This document shows, in pieces, positions 27,693-36,704 of a DNA stretch of 43,315 nucleotides (position 1 is its first letter; each line of letters begins with the position of its first letter). The stretch lies in sequence record SRR22947725_1621; one strand, 5' to 3'. The notes under the pieces are model-generated. The model made no database searches. It saw only the letters and a program-made list of their open reading frames with translations, and was not told the origin of the DNA. The position numbers were made by a program, and so were the translations under genes.

Positions 27693-28166
27693 TTAGTCTG
27701 CTGACACTAGCAGAACTGGCAAAGATTGGTATGGGAAAAATCTTGAGTATGAGTGGCCAGTCATAAAATTTACTGACCAGAACGTTTTGGGGTTGAGTGT
27801 ATTTTTATCGCTAGTCCAGTAAGCTTCAGGAGATATTTTTGGGAAATATTTTGAATTTATTTTGGGTGCAGTGCACTCTTCACATATGAGGCTCTCCAGC
27901 TCTTGCCGGGTCGGCAGCCTCCAGTTGCCTCCAAGTTGTCGTTTTGCTTCGCTTATGGCATACTCGACTTGGGCATGGTCAAGTTTAACGATATCGCCAG
28001 TACAGGTGTCGAGTGCTGGATCCCATGCTTGTCCAACCGAGCAGCGCAGCCACGTTGTGCCTGATTGCAGATCTTTTACAGTGTGTTGCCTCGCCATGAA
28101 TTGAGCTGAAGCTTGGCTGGTGAGGTAAATTGTAAAAACAACGAACCCAATAAAACCTCTGTACAT
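27693..28166 (-). CDS. Secreted DUF1566 (Lcl C-terminal) domain protein
   Basis: Signal peptide; TV.D..SG..W.RCS.GQ.W, WRLPT..EL.SL, YWTS, W.VNF. Confidence 0.88.
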   Translation of the reverse strand: MYRGFIGFVVFTIYLTSQASAQFMARQHTVKDLQSGTTWLRCSVGQAWDPALDTCTGDIVKLDHAQVEYAISEAKRQLGGNWRLPTRQELESLICEECTAPKINSKYFPKISPEAYWTSDKNTLNPKTFWSVNFMTGHSYSRFFPYQSLPVLLVSAD

Positions 28167-28240
28167 GGCTATACTTTCTAATCTGAATTTGAGAACCCAA
28201 CAGGTGACTGGTGATTTATTTTAATAAGACTTATATAGAA

Positions 28241-28256
28241 TGGTACAAATCTTGTA
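28241..28256 (+). promoter_or_regulatory. Probable sigma54 promoter of motAB
   Basis: TGGTAC-AAATC-TTGTA (GT instead of GC at -12), nearly identical to the fliK site. Confidence 0.55.
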
Positions 28257-28285
28257 TACTCATATGAGCATAGGGAGACATTAAC

Positions 28286-29050
28286 ATGGATATTGCAGCA
28301 TTACTTGGCTTTATCGGTGCCGTTGGGATGATACTTGCTGCGATGATTGCAGGTGGAGGTGTCGCTCCTTTTGTGGACAATCAATCTATTTTGATCGTGT
28401 TTGGTGGCTCCTTCTTCGCTGTCATGTACACCGCACCGATGCCGACCTTTTTAGCTAGTTTTAAAGCCATGGGAAAATGCTTCAAACCCGGCTTGCCTAA
28501 GCTCGATGAGACGGTTGAGCGTATGGTTGAGCTTGCAGGTATGGCGAGAAAGGACGGAATGATGGCTCTAGAAGGCCAACCAGTTCCGGATAAATTTTTC
28601 GAAAAAGGAATGCAAATGCTGGTGGATGGGGCCGACGAGCAGAAACTGATTAAACAAATGAATTCTGAGATCGCATCCATGAAGGGCAGGCACGCCGAAA
28701 CTACCGGTTGCATAACAAGCTGGGTTGATATCGCGCCAGCGATGGGCATGATCGGTACGCTTATTGGTCTAGTTCTGATGTTGGGGAATATGGGGGATCC
28801 AAAATCGATTGGCCCAGCTATGGCTGTTGCTCTTTTGACAACACTCTATGGAGCCTTTGTTGCTAACGTAATGTTTATGCCAATGGCAAAGAAATTAGAG
28901 GGTTTTACCGAATTCGAAGTTAATTATCGTAAGTTTGTATTGGAGGGTTTGCGTGGAATTGCTCGGAGCGATAGCCCTAGAAATATTCAAGATCAAATGG
29001 CCGCAACATTACCACCTAAACTTCAAGCCAAATTTGAAGTTGCGGCATAG
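28286..29050 (+). CDS. motA: Stator A subunit, PomA-like MotA
   Basis: MDIA.LLG, ARKDG..ALE, APAMGMIGTLIGLV, IGPAMAVALLTTLYG; 254 aa. Confidence 0.96.
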   Translation: MDIAALLGFIGAVGMILAAMIAGGGVAPFVDNQSILIVFGGSFFAVMYTAPMPTFLASFKAMGKCFKPGLPKLDETVERMVELAGMARKDGMMALEGQPVPDKFFEKGMQMLVDGADEQKLIKQMNSEIASMKGRHAETTGCITSWVDIAPAMGMIGTLIGLVLMLGNMGDPKSIGPAMAVALLTTLYGAFVANVMFMPMAKKLEGFTEFEVNYRKFVLEGLRGIARSDSPRNIQDQMAATLPPKLQAKFEVAA

Positions 29051-29071
29051 ATGAAGGCGGATTAACGAGTC

Positions 29072-30271
29072 ATGGCTGAAGAAGCTCTTAACGAAGAAGA
29101 TCAGGACGAACCGGATTGCCCTAAGTGCCCTCCACCAGGTGCACCTGCGTGGATGGCAACATTTGCTGATATGGCAACATTGTTGATGGCTTTCTTTGTT
29201 TTGATCCTGTCATTTGCTGAATTTAATGTTCCAAAATTTAAACAGATTTCAGGCTCACTTCGTGAGGCATTTGGTGTACAGAAAGTGGTTCCTGTTGTGG
29301 AACAACCAAAAGGTACGACCGTAATTTCTCTGAACTTTAGTCCCAACCCCACTCCAGCTGTAACTGAAACTCTCCGCCAACAGACGACCGAACTTCAAAA
29401 GCCTGAATTGGAGTTGCAAACCAAATTAGAAGACTCCCCTGAGGGTGGCGAAGCAGATAAGAAAAAAGACTCTGACTTTGATGGCGCTGGCGGCGAAAGT
29501 GATGCTTCCCTTGATGCTACAGAATTGGCCAAACAGTTAAAGAAAGCTATTGATAGCGGGGAGGTGCAAATAGAAACTCTCGGCGAAAATGTTGTGATTA
29601 ATTTTCCAAAGGAAGAGTTGGATCCAGAAGAAATTAAAAGTACGATCCAAGAGACAATGAATGCACTTGCTGAGGCCCGACAGGCTGCTGGGGCCTCGGA
29701 AAGTGAAGTCCTCTTTGGAGGTTTAGAGGCCGAACTCCAGGAATTAGCAGCATCTCTTGAGGAGAGCTTTCCCGAGAATGGAACTGATCAGGGTGGATCA
29801 TCTGACCAAGAGAGCGAAAAGCGACAGAATGCTTCGAAGGCTACAGAAGAGTTAACTGTGGCTCTACAAGAGCAAATCGACCAGGGATTGATTGATATAG
29901 AGCAGCGCGAGGGCAGCGTCTTTATATCCGTTGGTGCTGGCGGTGCATTCCCATCTGGAACTGCAGACTTAACTGAAGACGCACAGGCTATTTTGGATCG
30001 TATTGCGCTTACAGCAATGAGTCCTGAGAGTAAAATTACCGTTACAGGCCACACGGACGATATACCAATTTCCAATGGAAAGTTCCGCGATAATTGGGAC
30101 TTGGCTGCGGCGCGGGCTGCAAGCGTGGTCCAAACGATTGAAGAAACAGGTTTAGTGTCGGGTGGTCGGATGTCTGCAGTCAGTAAAGGTGAAACAGATC
30201 CTGTTGCCGATAACGTCACTGCAGAAGGCCGTGAAGAAAATCGCAGGATTGAAATTGAAATTACATATTAA
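29072..30271 (+). CDS. motB: Stator B subunit, PomB-like MotB
   Basis: WMATFADMATLLMAFFVLILSF TM with Asp; OmpA-like GHTD, NWDL..ARA, NRRIEI. Confidence 0.96.
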   Translation: MAEEALNEEDQDEPDCPKCPPPGAPAWMATFADMATLLMAFFVLILSFAEFNVPKFKQISGSLREAFGVQKVVPVVEQPKGTTVISLNFSPNPTPAVTETLRQQTTELQKPELELQTKLEDSPEGGEADKKKDSDFDGAGGESDASLDATELAKQLKKAIDSGEVQIETLGENVVINFPKEELDPEEIKSTIQETMNALAEARQAAGASESEVLFGGLEAELQELAASLEESFPENGTDQGGSSDQESEKRQNASKATEELTVALQEQIDQGLIDIEQREGSVFISVGAGGAFPSGTADLTEDAQAILDRIALTAMSPESKITVTGHTDDIPISNGKFRDNWDLAAARAASVVQTIEETGLVSGGRMSAVSKGETDPVADNVTAEGREENRRIEIEITY

Positions 30272-30273
30272 TC

Positions 30274-30300
30274 TAAGATTTCCGTTGAATTGGTCGTTTA
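30274..30300 (+). promoter_or_regulatory. Sigma28-like promoter of fliD
   Basis: TAAG-N15-GTCGTTTA in the motB-fliD gap. Confidence 0.55.
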
Positions 30301-30318
30301 GAAATTTGGAGTGTTTTG

Positions 30319-31959
30319 ATGAGCCAATCGATTAGCAACGACTATGTGAGCATGATTAACAAGAGAGGCTCAGGGTATAATATTCCTGAAATTGTTGATG
30401 CAATTGTTGAAGCCGAAATCGTGCCAGTGAAGGAAATTGTTACTGCACAAAAAGAGCAGGTAGACGCATCTCTTTCAGGTATGAGTATTCTTAAGTCGAG
30501 CATGTTGGCGACGCAGACGCTTGTAAATTCCATGAGTTCAGATTCTCTATTTACCTCAAAACACTCACCGAATTCCAATTTTATGCGTTCCACTATTGTG
30601 GACCAAGCATCCCTTAAAGCAGGCCTTAATACATTTGAAGACGTAGTAACTGCTAAGCCACAGATATGGCGCTTAGATGGAGAAACTGACTTAAATAGGT
30701 CTATTACTGATCAAACAATAACCATAGAATTTGGAACGAATGGTGCAGATGACAGTGGATGGACGCCATCGAACCCCGTTCGTTCTGCACAAGTTGTTCT
30801 GTCAGGCGACACTTTGTCTTCGGCAGTCGTTAAGTTAAACAATATAACAGGAATAAAAGCTGAATTTTTGCAGCTTAACTCTAACACGAATGAGTATTCA
30901 GTGGTTTTGACTAGTGAGACTGGGACAAAAAATGGTTTTAAGATGACGAATAATGGATCTACAGAATGGAAGACTGCAGCTGGTGGGGCGGATGACTTCT
31001 TCCAGCAGGCTGTAGACGCCACCTTTAAGTTAAACGGCCAAAGCTATTCGCGTTCAAGTAATAAAATAACAGATATTATTCCTGGTTTAGAGGTTGAAAT
31101 TTTATCTAGCAGAACGGCCGTCCAGTCAATCACGTTAGAAAGGTCTTCAGCGAGTATTCAAAAAACAGTAGAAACGCTGATTGGAGATCTTAATGCATAT
31201 AAATCCGATTTAAATGCGCTTGGCTTTATTGATGAGGTGGGCGATGAAAATGGCGAATTGGCAAACAGTTCATTTCTTAGGAGTGCAAAGCGACACTTAA
31301 CTCAATTCATGACGGCACCTATTACGGGTTTTGGTGATAGCAACATATACTTTGTAGACTTTGGAATTAAAACGGCAAAGGATGGATCTTATGTATTTGA
31401 TCAAAAATCATTTAACCGAACTTTCATTAACACGCCTGAAAAGTTTGATGCCTTAACGCAAGATACGGTGTACTCAAGCGACCCGTTTTCAACCCCTTAT
31501 TCTGTATCTGACGCCGGCTTGCCTCCAGGTAAATATGAATACCGTCAGGCTGATCAAAAATTAGTCTCAAATACCACTTCAGACGTCTTAGCCACAACGT
31601 TATCTGGTTCAGCAACAGATTATACCAGAACTGCTGATGGATATTCCGGCTTCTTAATAAAAAGTTACTGGCCTAATCCATCGGATTACAATATCTACGT
31701 CGGCCACAGCGCGAAAACCAAAATAAATAATTTTTTTGCTAATTCTCTTTCAGCTACTGGACAGCTTGATGCGACGGTTGATTTATACAAAGATCGGGCT
31801 TCTGGCATCGATGCTAGGTTAATCAAAATTGATAAACGAGAGGCTCTACTTCAGGCGCAGTATACAAAGCAATTCTCTGACATGGAGAAAGCGGTCAATT
31901 CATCAACTTCGTCAGCGGATTACATCACTCAGTTGGTAGACGGCTGGAACAAATCTTGA
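30319..31959 (+). CDS. fliD: Filament cap protein FliD
   Basis: GSGYNI.EIVDAIVEAE..P, LTS.TG, DA.F.LNG...R.SN.I.D.IPG, QY..QFS.ME C-terminus. Confidence 0.92.
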   Translation: MSQSISNDYVSMINKRGSGYNIPEIVDAIVEAEIVPVKEIVTAQKEQVDASLSGMSILKSSMLATQTLVNSMSSDSLFTSKHSPNSNFMRSTIVDQASLKAGLNTFEDVVTAKPQIWRLDGETDLNRSITDQTITIEFGTNGADDSGWTPSNPVRSAQVVLSGDTLSSAVVKLNNITGIKAEFLQLNSNTNEYSVVLTSETGTKNGFKMTNNGSTEWKTAAGGADDFFQQAVDATFKLNGQSYSRSSNKITDIIPGLEVEILSSRTAVQSITLERSSASIQKTVETLIGDLNAYKSDLNALGFIDEVGDENGELANSSFLRSAKRHLTQFMTAPITGFGDSNIYFVDFGIKTAKDGSYVFDQKSFNRTFINTPEKFDALTQDTVYSSDPFSTPYSVSDAGLPPGKYEYRQADQKLVSNTTSDVLATTLSGSATDYTRTADGYSGFLIKSYWPNPSDYNIYVGHSAKTKINNFFANSLSATGQLDATVDLYKDRASGIDARLIKIDKREALLQAQYTKQFSDMEKAVNSSTSSADYITQLVDGWNKS

Positions 31960-31964
31960 ATAAA

Positions 31965-33035
31965 TTAGAGACCGTATTTCTTGATTTTTTCTATTAAGGT
32001 CGTGCGCTGTAGGTGAAGATCTTTTGCAGCTTCACTCGTATTACCTGCATTCCTCTCGAGCGCTTTTTCAATTAGAACTATCTCGATATCTCTGAGAAGT
32101 CTTCTAACATCAACACTGTTGGAGATATCAAACAGCCGCGAGAAATCTTTTGCTGTTGGTGGCGCACCTTGGTCAGCTTCATGGCCGCGATCCGCACCAC
32201 CTAATTGGTCAAGTACGCTCCAAACATTTTCGGTTTCTTCAACGTGGTCAAAAAACGCATTTTGATCAAAACCAAGTAGGGTCTGGGTAACTTGTTCTCG
32301 ATTGATGTTTTGACCAGGAAAGAAGACTTTTGCTCGCTCCAAAATATTTTTTAGTTCTCTAATATTGCCTGGCCACTCATATGTGGTGAGCGCTTCAAGC
32401 CCACTCTTGTCAAAGCCAAAAGGGGCTTCGTTTGCATTGACATATGAATTGTCTTTAAGAAGGTGGGTCACTATTTCTGGTATGTCATCTGAGCGTTCTC
32501 GCAGGGTTGGCACTTGGATCGGAAAGACATTCAGTCGAAATAGCAAATCTTCACGGAATTTATTTTGTTTAACTAATTCTTCCAAGTCTTTATGCGTCGC
32601 GCATACCACTCTTACATCTAATTGTATCTCTGCTCGTCCACCCACTCTTGTAACAATAGAATTTTCTAGCACTCGGAGCAATTTGGACTGTAAGTCGAGG
32701 TTCATGTCTCCTATTTCATCAAGAAACAGTGTTCCCTTATTTGCTTGTTCAAATTTTCCAGGTGTTGTTTTGACTGCTCCCGTGAAGGCACCTTTTTCGT
32801 AACCAAATAACTCAGCTTCCATTAAATCACGAGGTATGGCGGCGCAATTGACGGCTACAAATTTACCTTTTCGACGGCTCGAAACGTGCAAGCTTTCTGC
32901 TACTAATTCTTTGCCTACGCCGGTTTGGCCTTGAATTATAGCAGCATAGTCTGAGGGTCCGACCATCGAGATTAGTTTTTTGAGGCGCATAGCCGCCTCT
33001 GAGCTACCAACCAATTTCGAATACATTACATTCAT
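31965..33035 (-). CDS. fleQ: Sigma54 enhancer-binding flagellar master regulator without N-terminal domain
   Basis: GQTGVGKE, GAFTGA, FLDEIG, WPGNIREL, C-terminal HTH RTTLIEKIKKY typical of FleQ/FlrA. Confidence 0.85.
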   Translation of the reverse strand: MNVMYSKLVGSSEAAMRLKKLISMVGPSDYAAIIQGQTGVGKELVAESLHVSSRRKGKFVAVNCAAIPRDLMEAELFGYEKGAFTGAVKTTPGKFEQANKGTLFLDEIGDMNLDLQSKLLRVLENSIVTRVGGRAEIQLDVRVVCATHKDLEELVKQNKFREDLLFRLNVFPIQVPTLRERSDDIPEIVTHLLKDNSYVNANEAPFGFDKSGLEALTTYEWPGNIRELKNILERAKVFFPGQNINREQVTQTLLGFDQNAFFDHVEETENVWSVLDQLGGADRGHEADQGAPPTAKDFSRLFDISNSVDVRRLLRDIEIVLIEKALERNAGNTSEAAKDLHLQRTTLIEKIKKYGL

Positions 33036-33223
33036 TCAGTACACCGCGAATTTGGGCAATCCCTATGATTATGCATAACATGATTACAGCGTTCTTTGTA
33101 ATACCTACAACGATTAAAACAAGTTCTATCGTATTTACAAAACACTTTATTCATAAATGCTAATGAGATACAGTATAGGTGAGTTAAATTGCGTGTGTTT
33201 TGTAACAATTAAAGGGCTGTCAA

Positions 33224-33613
33224 TTGAAACGATTATTGGCCTCTATTGCACCTGCAAAAATTAAGCGAGCATTTTCGAAGAAAAAGAAAAATATGCCATT
33301 GCTTGATTATGATTTAACACGGTTCGATGAGCAGGATATAATTTTAGAGAGCGAAGCGCAAATTCAAGAATTTTTACCGGATATTCTGGGACAGGCACTG
33401 GCGCGAACTTGGGTTGATAAGAGATTTTTAAACGCGTTTTATGATCAACCCAAGGAGATTCTAGAGAGGGCAGGCGTTTTCCTTCCCAAATCTATTTCTG
33501 TGGAGTTTATTAAAATAGATAAAGAAAGGCCTAAGGTGATAGTTTATCAAAAAAAGGGATCGAAAAGTATACGGCTTCTAGAATTGAAATTAGTTATGGT
33601 TGCAGCGACATGA
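33224..33613 (+). CDS. Hypothetical protein with nitrile-hydratase-alpha/NHLP-leader-like segment
   Basis: ALARTWVDKRFLNAFYDQPKEILERAGVFLPKSISVEF; ATGA overlap with next gene; start uncertain (TTG 33224 or a later ATG). Confidence 0.6.
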   Translation: MKRLLASIAPAKIKRAFSKKKKNMPLLDYDLTRFDEQDIILESEAQIQEFLPDILGQALARTWVDKRFLNAFYDQPKEILERAGVFLPKSISVEFIKIDKERPKVIVYQKKGSKSIRLLELKLVMVAAT

Positions 33614-34224
33614 TACGTATAGTTTGTGGTTTAGCCCTTCTGATGATGATTGTTGTGACTACTGCGCGTGCGCAAACAGAAACAATTGAAGCCAATCCTG
33701 ATATCTTTGTGAATGCAATCAATGCAATTGAAAACAAAGACTTTCAAACAGCAGTAGAACTTTTCACCATTCTTGCTAGTGAGGGTGAGCCTACATCTCA
33801 ACATAACTTATCCATATTGTACTCTAAGGGTCTTGGTAGCCCTGTGAGTTATAAGCGGGCTCTGTATTGGGCGTGGCGTGCATCCTTAGGCGGTAATGAG
33901 CAGGCAATGGGTGTAGTCGATAATTTACGAGATATGGTGACTGAGGACTTGATAGGGGTTGTATCTGAAGAAATAGTTAGCGAGTTGACCGCTAAGGCTA
34001 TGGATGGTGACACGAATGCTGCAGAAAGGTTAGGAAAGACCTACTATAAACTATTTGTGGAGCCTGACCTGAAAATGGCTTACACATGGTTTCTGATTTC
34101 GCAGGCCTTTGGAAATGAACGTGTGAGTGACATGATAACGGAGATCGAAGATTTAATCCCAATTGAAGATAGAATTACATACCAGGAAGAGGCGACTGAA
34201 ATTTTTATTAAAATACCTAAGTAA
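33610..34224 (+). CDS. Exported Sel1-repeat protein
   Basis: Signal peptide (ARA-Q); SQHNLSILYSKGLG.P..YKRALYW..RA...G; second degenerate repeat with AYTWF. Confidence 0.85.
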   Translation: MIRIVCGLALLMMIVVTTARAQTETIEANPDIFVNAINAIENKDFQTAVELFTILASEGEPTSQHNLSILYSKGLGSPVSYKRALYWAWRASLGGNEQAMGVVDNLRDMVTEDLIGVVSEEIVSELTAKAMDGDTNAAERLGKTYYKLFVEPDLKMAYTWFLISQAFGNERVSDMITEIEDLIPIEDRITYQEEATEIFIKIPK

Positions 34225-34524
34225 TTAATTTTTTGGGGTTACTTTGGATAGAAAACTTAGTTTATTTTCTTCAAGAGTAACGTGTTGTTCAATAGTATCT
34301 ATTTTTGATGTTAATTGACTTAAAATTTCTTTTATTTTTTCCGGATCTTCAGGTGCGTCAACGTCAGGGCTTTGAGCAACAGCATATTCGTCGATAAGCG
34401 AGTAGAATTCTTTAATTGCTTGAGTCAAAAAGGTTTCGTCAGTCCGAGACGCAATGTCTGGACTTGATAGTAATTCTCTCATTTGTTCCAGTGTATCCAG
34501 GAGCAAATGGTTGTCTATATTCAT
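34225..34524 (-). CDS. Small helical protein downstream of flgM (FlgN position)
   Basis: ~99 aa acidic helical ORF starting 4 nt after the flgM stop; function positional only. Confidence 0.6.
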   Translation of the reverse strand: MNIDNHLLLDTLEQMRELLSSPDIASRTDETFLTQAIKEFYSLIDEYAVAQSPDVDAPEDPEKIKEILSQLTSKIDTIEQHVTLEENKLSFLSKVTPKN

Positions 34525-34528
34525 GCTA

Positions 34529-34828
34529 TCAGCTTCCAGCTTCTCTAAAGCTTTCAAACATTTTTTCAGTCACGATATCCAGGTCTATCGGATAGCGTCC
34601 CTGTTCGACTTTAGTCTTTATTTCGTTGACTAGTGAGCGATCCACGGGTGGCCCATCGGCAAGTTTAGCAACCTGATCCTTAATTTTAAGGTCTTGGCTG
34701 TCTAACTTATTTACTATTTCCTTAGGCGCCAAATCTGAGACTTTTTTGTCAATTTGGACATTCGCTTTGTTACTATCGCTAAGCTGTACGCTCGCACTTG
34801 GCACGTTATTGCTAACTGAATTGATCAT
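34529..34828 (-). CDS. flgM: Anti-sigma28 factor FlgM
   Basis: PVDRSLVNEIKTKVEQGRYPID..IVTEKM C-terminal motif; follows flgA. Confidence 0.9.
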   Translation of the reverse strand: MINSVSNNVPSASVQLSDSNKANVQIDKKVSDLAPKEIVNKLDSQDLKIKDQVAKLADGPPVDRSLVNEIKTKVEQGRYPIDLDIVTEKMFESFREAGS

Positions 34829-34851
34829 GTTATGCACTCCTCTCGAGTCTT

Positions 34852-34878
34852 CTAACGACGAGATTTTAGTTTATGTTA
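34852..34878 (-). promoter_or_regulatory. Sigma28-like promoter of flgM
   Basis: TAAC-N15-GTCGTTAG overlapping the flgA 3' end. Confidence 0.45.
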
Positions 34879-35585
34879 GTTAGTGGCGAAACTTTTTTTT
34901 CTGCGATCACTTTGGCTTTTAGTTGTTTCAATGACGATGAGTTTCTGACTAAGACCATGTCACCTACTTTCCCGTCGGAAAGCGCTTCGCCATAGGTTAC
35001 AATTCTTATTGCTTTGGAGCCAGATATTATTAGAACAGATTCATTTTTATTGACTGCGTTTTTTGCCAATATGTGCCGCGGCTTTATCACGGTGTCCCTA
35101 GACAAATTTCTTTTTGCTTTTTGACCGACGATATTGTTAAGCGTCACGTAAGCGCCTCGTGCAGTTCGATAATCAGCCCATTTCATCACCAAATCAGCTG
35201 GTTCAATCACCTTTCCTTTTGGGATATTTGATTTTGTGAACACTATCTGCACAGTATTTGAAAGATTATTATGTCCCAATTGCTCACTTTTCGATGCCCT
35301 GTCTTGCGTTCTAAGGGAAATAGACCATCGAGCCGGCTTGCCGCATGACGCTTTAAGCGTGTGCCAGCTACTAGGGTGTTTTTGTGTTATCAATATCTTT
35401 TCATTACACGGAAAATAGGCGCGCTGCTCTGACACCAAAATTTCATTGTATATACCGTTCTCAGCCAAATAGCTTTGGGCAATCTTTTTGATGTCAGCAC
35501 CAAAAATCAACCTCTCCTCAGCACAAAGCATTTGAGTACTCGTAGTAATCAGAAAAACGGTAAATATCTTGATAAATATTTGCAT
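34866..35585 (-). CDS. flgA: P-ring formation chaperone FlgA
   Basis: Signal peptide, SAF domain I..G..I...DL, VG...KR.L, GEAL.DG..GD.V.VRN.SS. Confidence 0.92.
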   Translation of the reverse strand: MQIFIKIFTVFLITTSTQMLCAEERLIFGADIKKIAQSYLAENGIYNEILVSEQRAYFPCNEKILITQKHPSSWHTLKASCGKPARWSISLRTQDRASKSEQLGHNNLSNTVQIVFTKSNIPKGKVIEPADLVMKWADYRTARGAYVTLNNIVGQKAKRNLSRDTVIKPRHILAKNAVNKNESVLIISGSKAIRIVTYGEALSDGKVGDMVLVRNSSSLKQLKAKVIAEKKVSPLTNIN

Positions 35586-36685
35586 TAGTAACGTTCCAGC
35601 AATTTAATGCTTAATCCGTCAAAAGACTTTCCAGCTTTACCCTGTGTAAGTGCGTGCAGAGTTGTTGAAGTATTATTCATCTGCTTAACGGTAAAGTAGT
35701 ATTGTTGAGTGCCAGACTGTACCGAGCTAAAGATATCATCCGGCGACAGCCCATCTTGCAGGCCATAATCGATCTCCAAATTTTTGTTTTTAAGTTTTAT
35801 TTTCCCACTAAAATTCATACATTCTAGGTGGTGCAAAGTTTGAGTGATTGACTCCACTGCCAATTTAAAGACCGCCTCCTGAATACTATCCAAGTCTCGT
35901 CGCCTAGAATTGGAGCCGCCAACAAACATACCGCTTTTCTCAATTTCCATCTCTGTTTTGGTTTCTGTTCCATTCAAAGCTTTAGATTTTCGAAATAATT
36001 CAGATTTAGCTTTCACCAACAAAACCTTTTTCCGTTGAATAACGTTCGATGTCTTCACGTCTAGATCTAGTGAAAGTGTAAGCAAATAGTTTGGTATCGA
36101 CCTTTTAGGCGTATTTTCATTTTCATATAGTGAATAGCTCGATGAGGTCGTGGACCGGTCAGAATTATTTTCTTGGAAGTTGAATTTGGGGTTGGCAGCC
36201 ATCATCGCTTCTATTGTCTGCGTTAATGACAGTTCATCGAATTGCACCCAGAATGGTAGTGATTTCTTGATGGATAACCCCTGCCATTTAAAAGCCAGGT
36301 CAAGGTTATTTGGCTGACGACAGCTAATTTGGGTTTCATTTTGATTTTCTGGCAGAAGTAGTATCTCAAGACGCGCTGAAACCTTATCTCCATGGTCTTT
36401 GGTTGACAGCACCCGATAGCCCGCAATTTGTACATTCGATTGTGCAGAGATTTGATCAAATAACACTTTACCATTTTCTACTAGAGAAAAACTATCCAAC
36501 GATTGAGCACCTGTTTGCAAAACTAACTGTAATGCGTTGGAAATGGCGCGAGCTTCGTAAACACTATATGGAAGCTCCGCAGTCTTGAGTGCAGTACCCT
36601 CCGACTCGACTACAAACCGTTCAGCTTGCAGCGAAGTCGAAAGTGCCATTAGCACAAAACAAAAAAGTATTCGAAGGTTGTCCAT
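35585..36685 (-). CDS. flgT: FlgT-like flagellar assembly protein T
   Basis: Signal peptide; G.A...ARAI.NAL..V..GA.S..S...NG N-domain; paired Cys; I.YG..DGL..DD.F C-domain; adjacent to flgP and flgA. Confidence 0.75.
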   Translation of the reverse strand: MDNLRILFCFVLMALSTSLQAERFVVESEGTALKTAELPYSVYEARAISNALQLVLQTGAQSLDSFSLVENGKVLFDQISAQSNVQIAGYRVLSTKDHGDKVSARLEILLLPENQNETQISCRQPNNLDLAFKWQGLSIKKSLPFWVQFDELSLTQTIEAMMAANPKFNFQENNSDRSTTSSSYSLYENENTPKRSIPNYLLTLSLDLDVKTSNVIQRKKVLLVKAKSELFRKSKALNGTETKTEMEIEKSGMFVGGSNSRRRDLDSIQEAVFKLAVESITQTLHHLECMNFSGKIKLKNKNLEIDYGLQDGLSPDDIFSSVQSGTQQYYFTVKQMNNTSTTLHALTQGKAGKSFDGLSIKLLERY

Positions 36686-36704
36686 CAAATCATCATACCG
36701 CTCA

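Noticed and set aside
27693-28166. DUF1566 gene as a diversity-generating retroelement target
   Set aside because: No reverse transcriptase and no second copy (template repeat) of its 3' end seen in the window
33224-34224. RiPP biosynthetic cluster or nitrile hydratase
   Set aside because: No core peptide, modifying enzymes, transporter, beta subunit or CxxCSC motif
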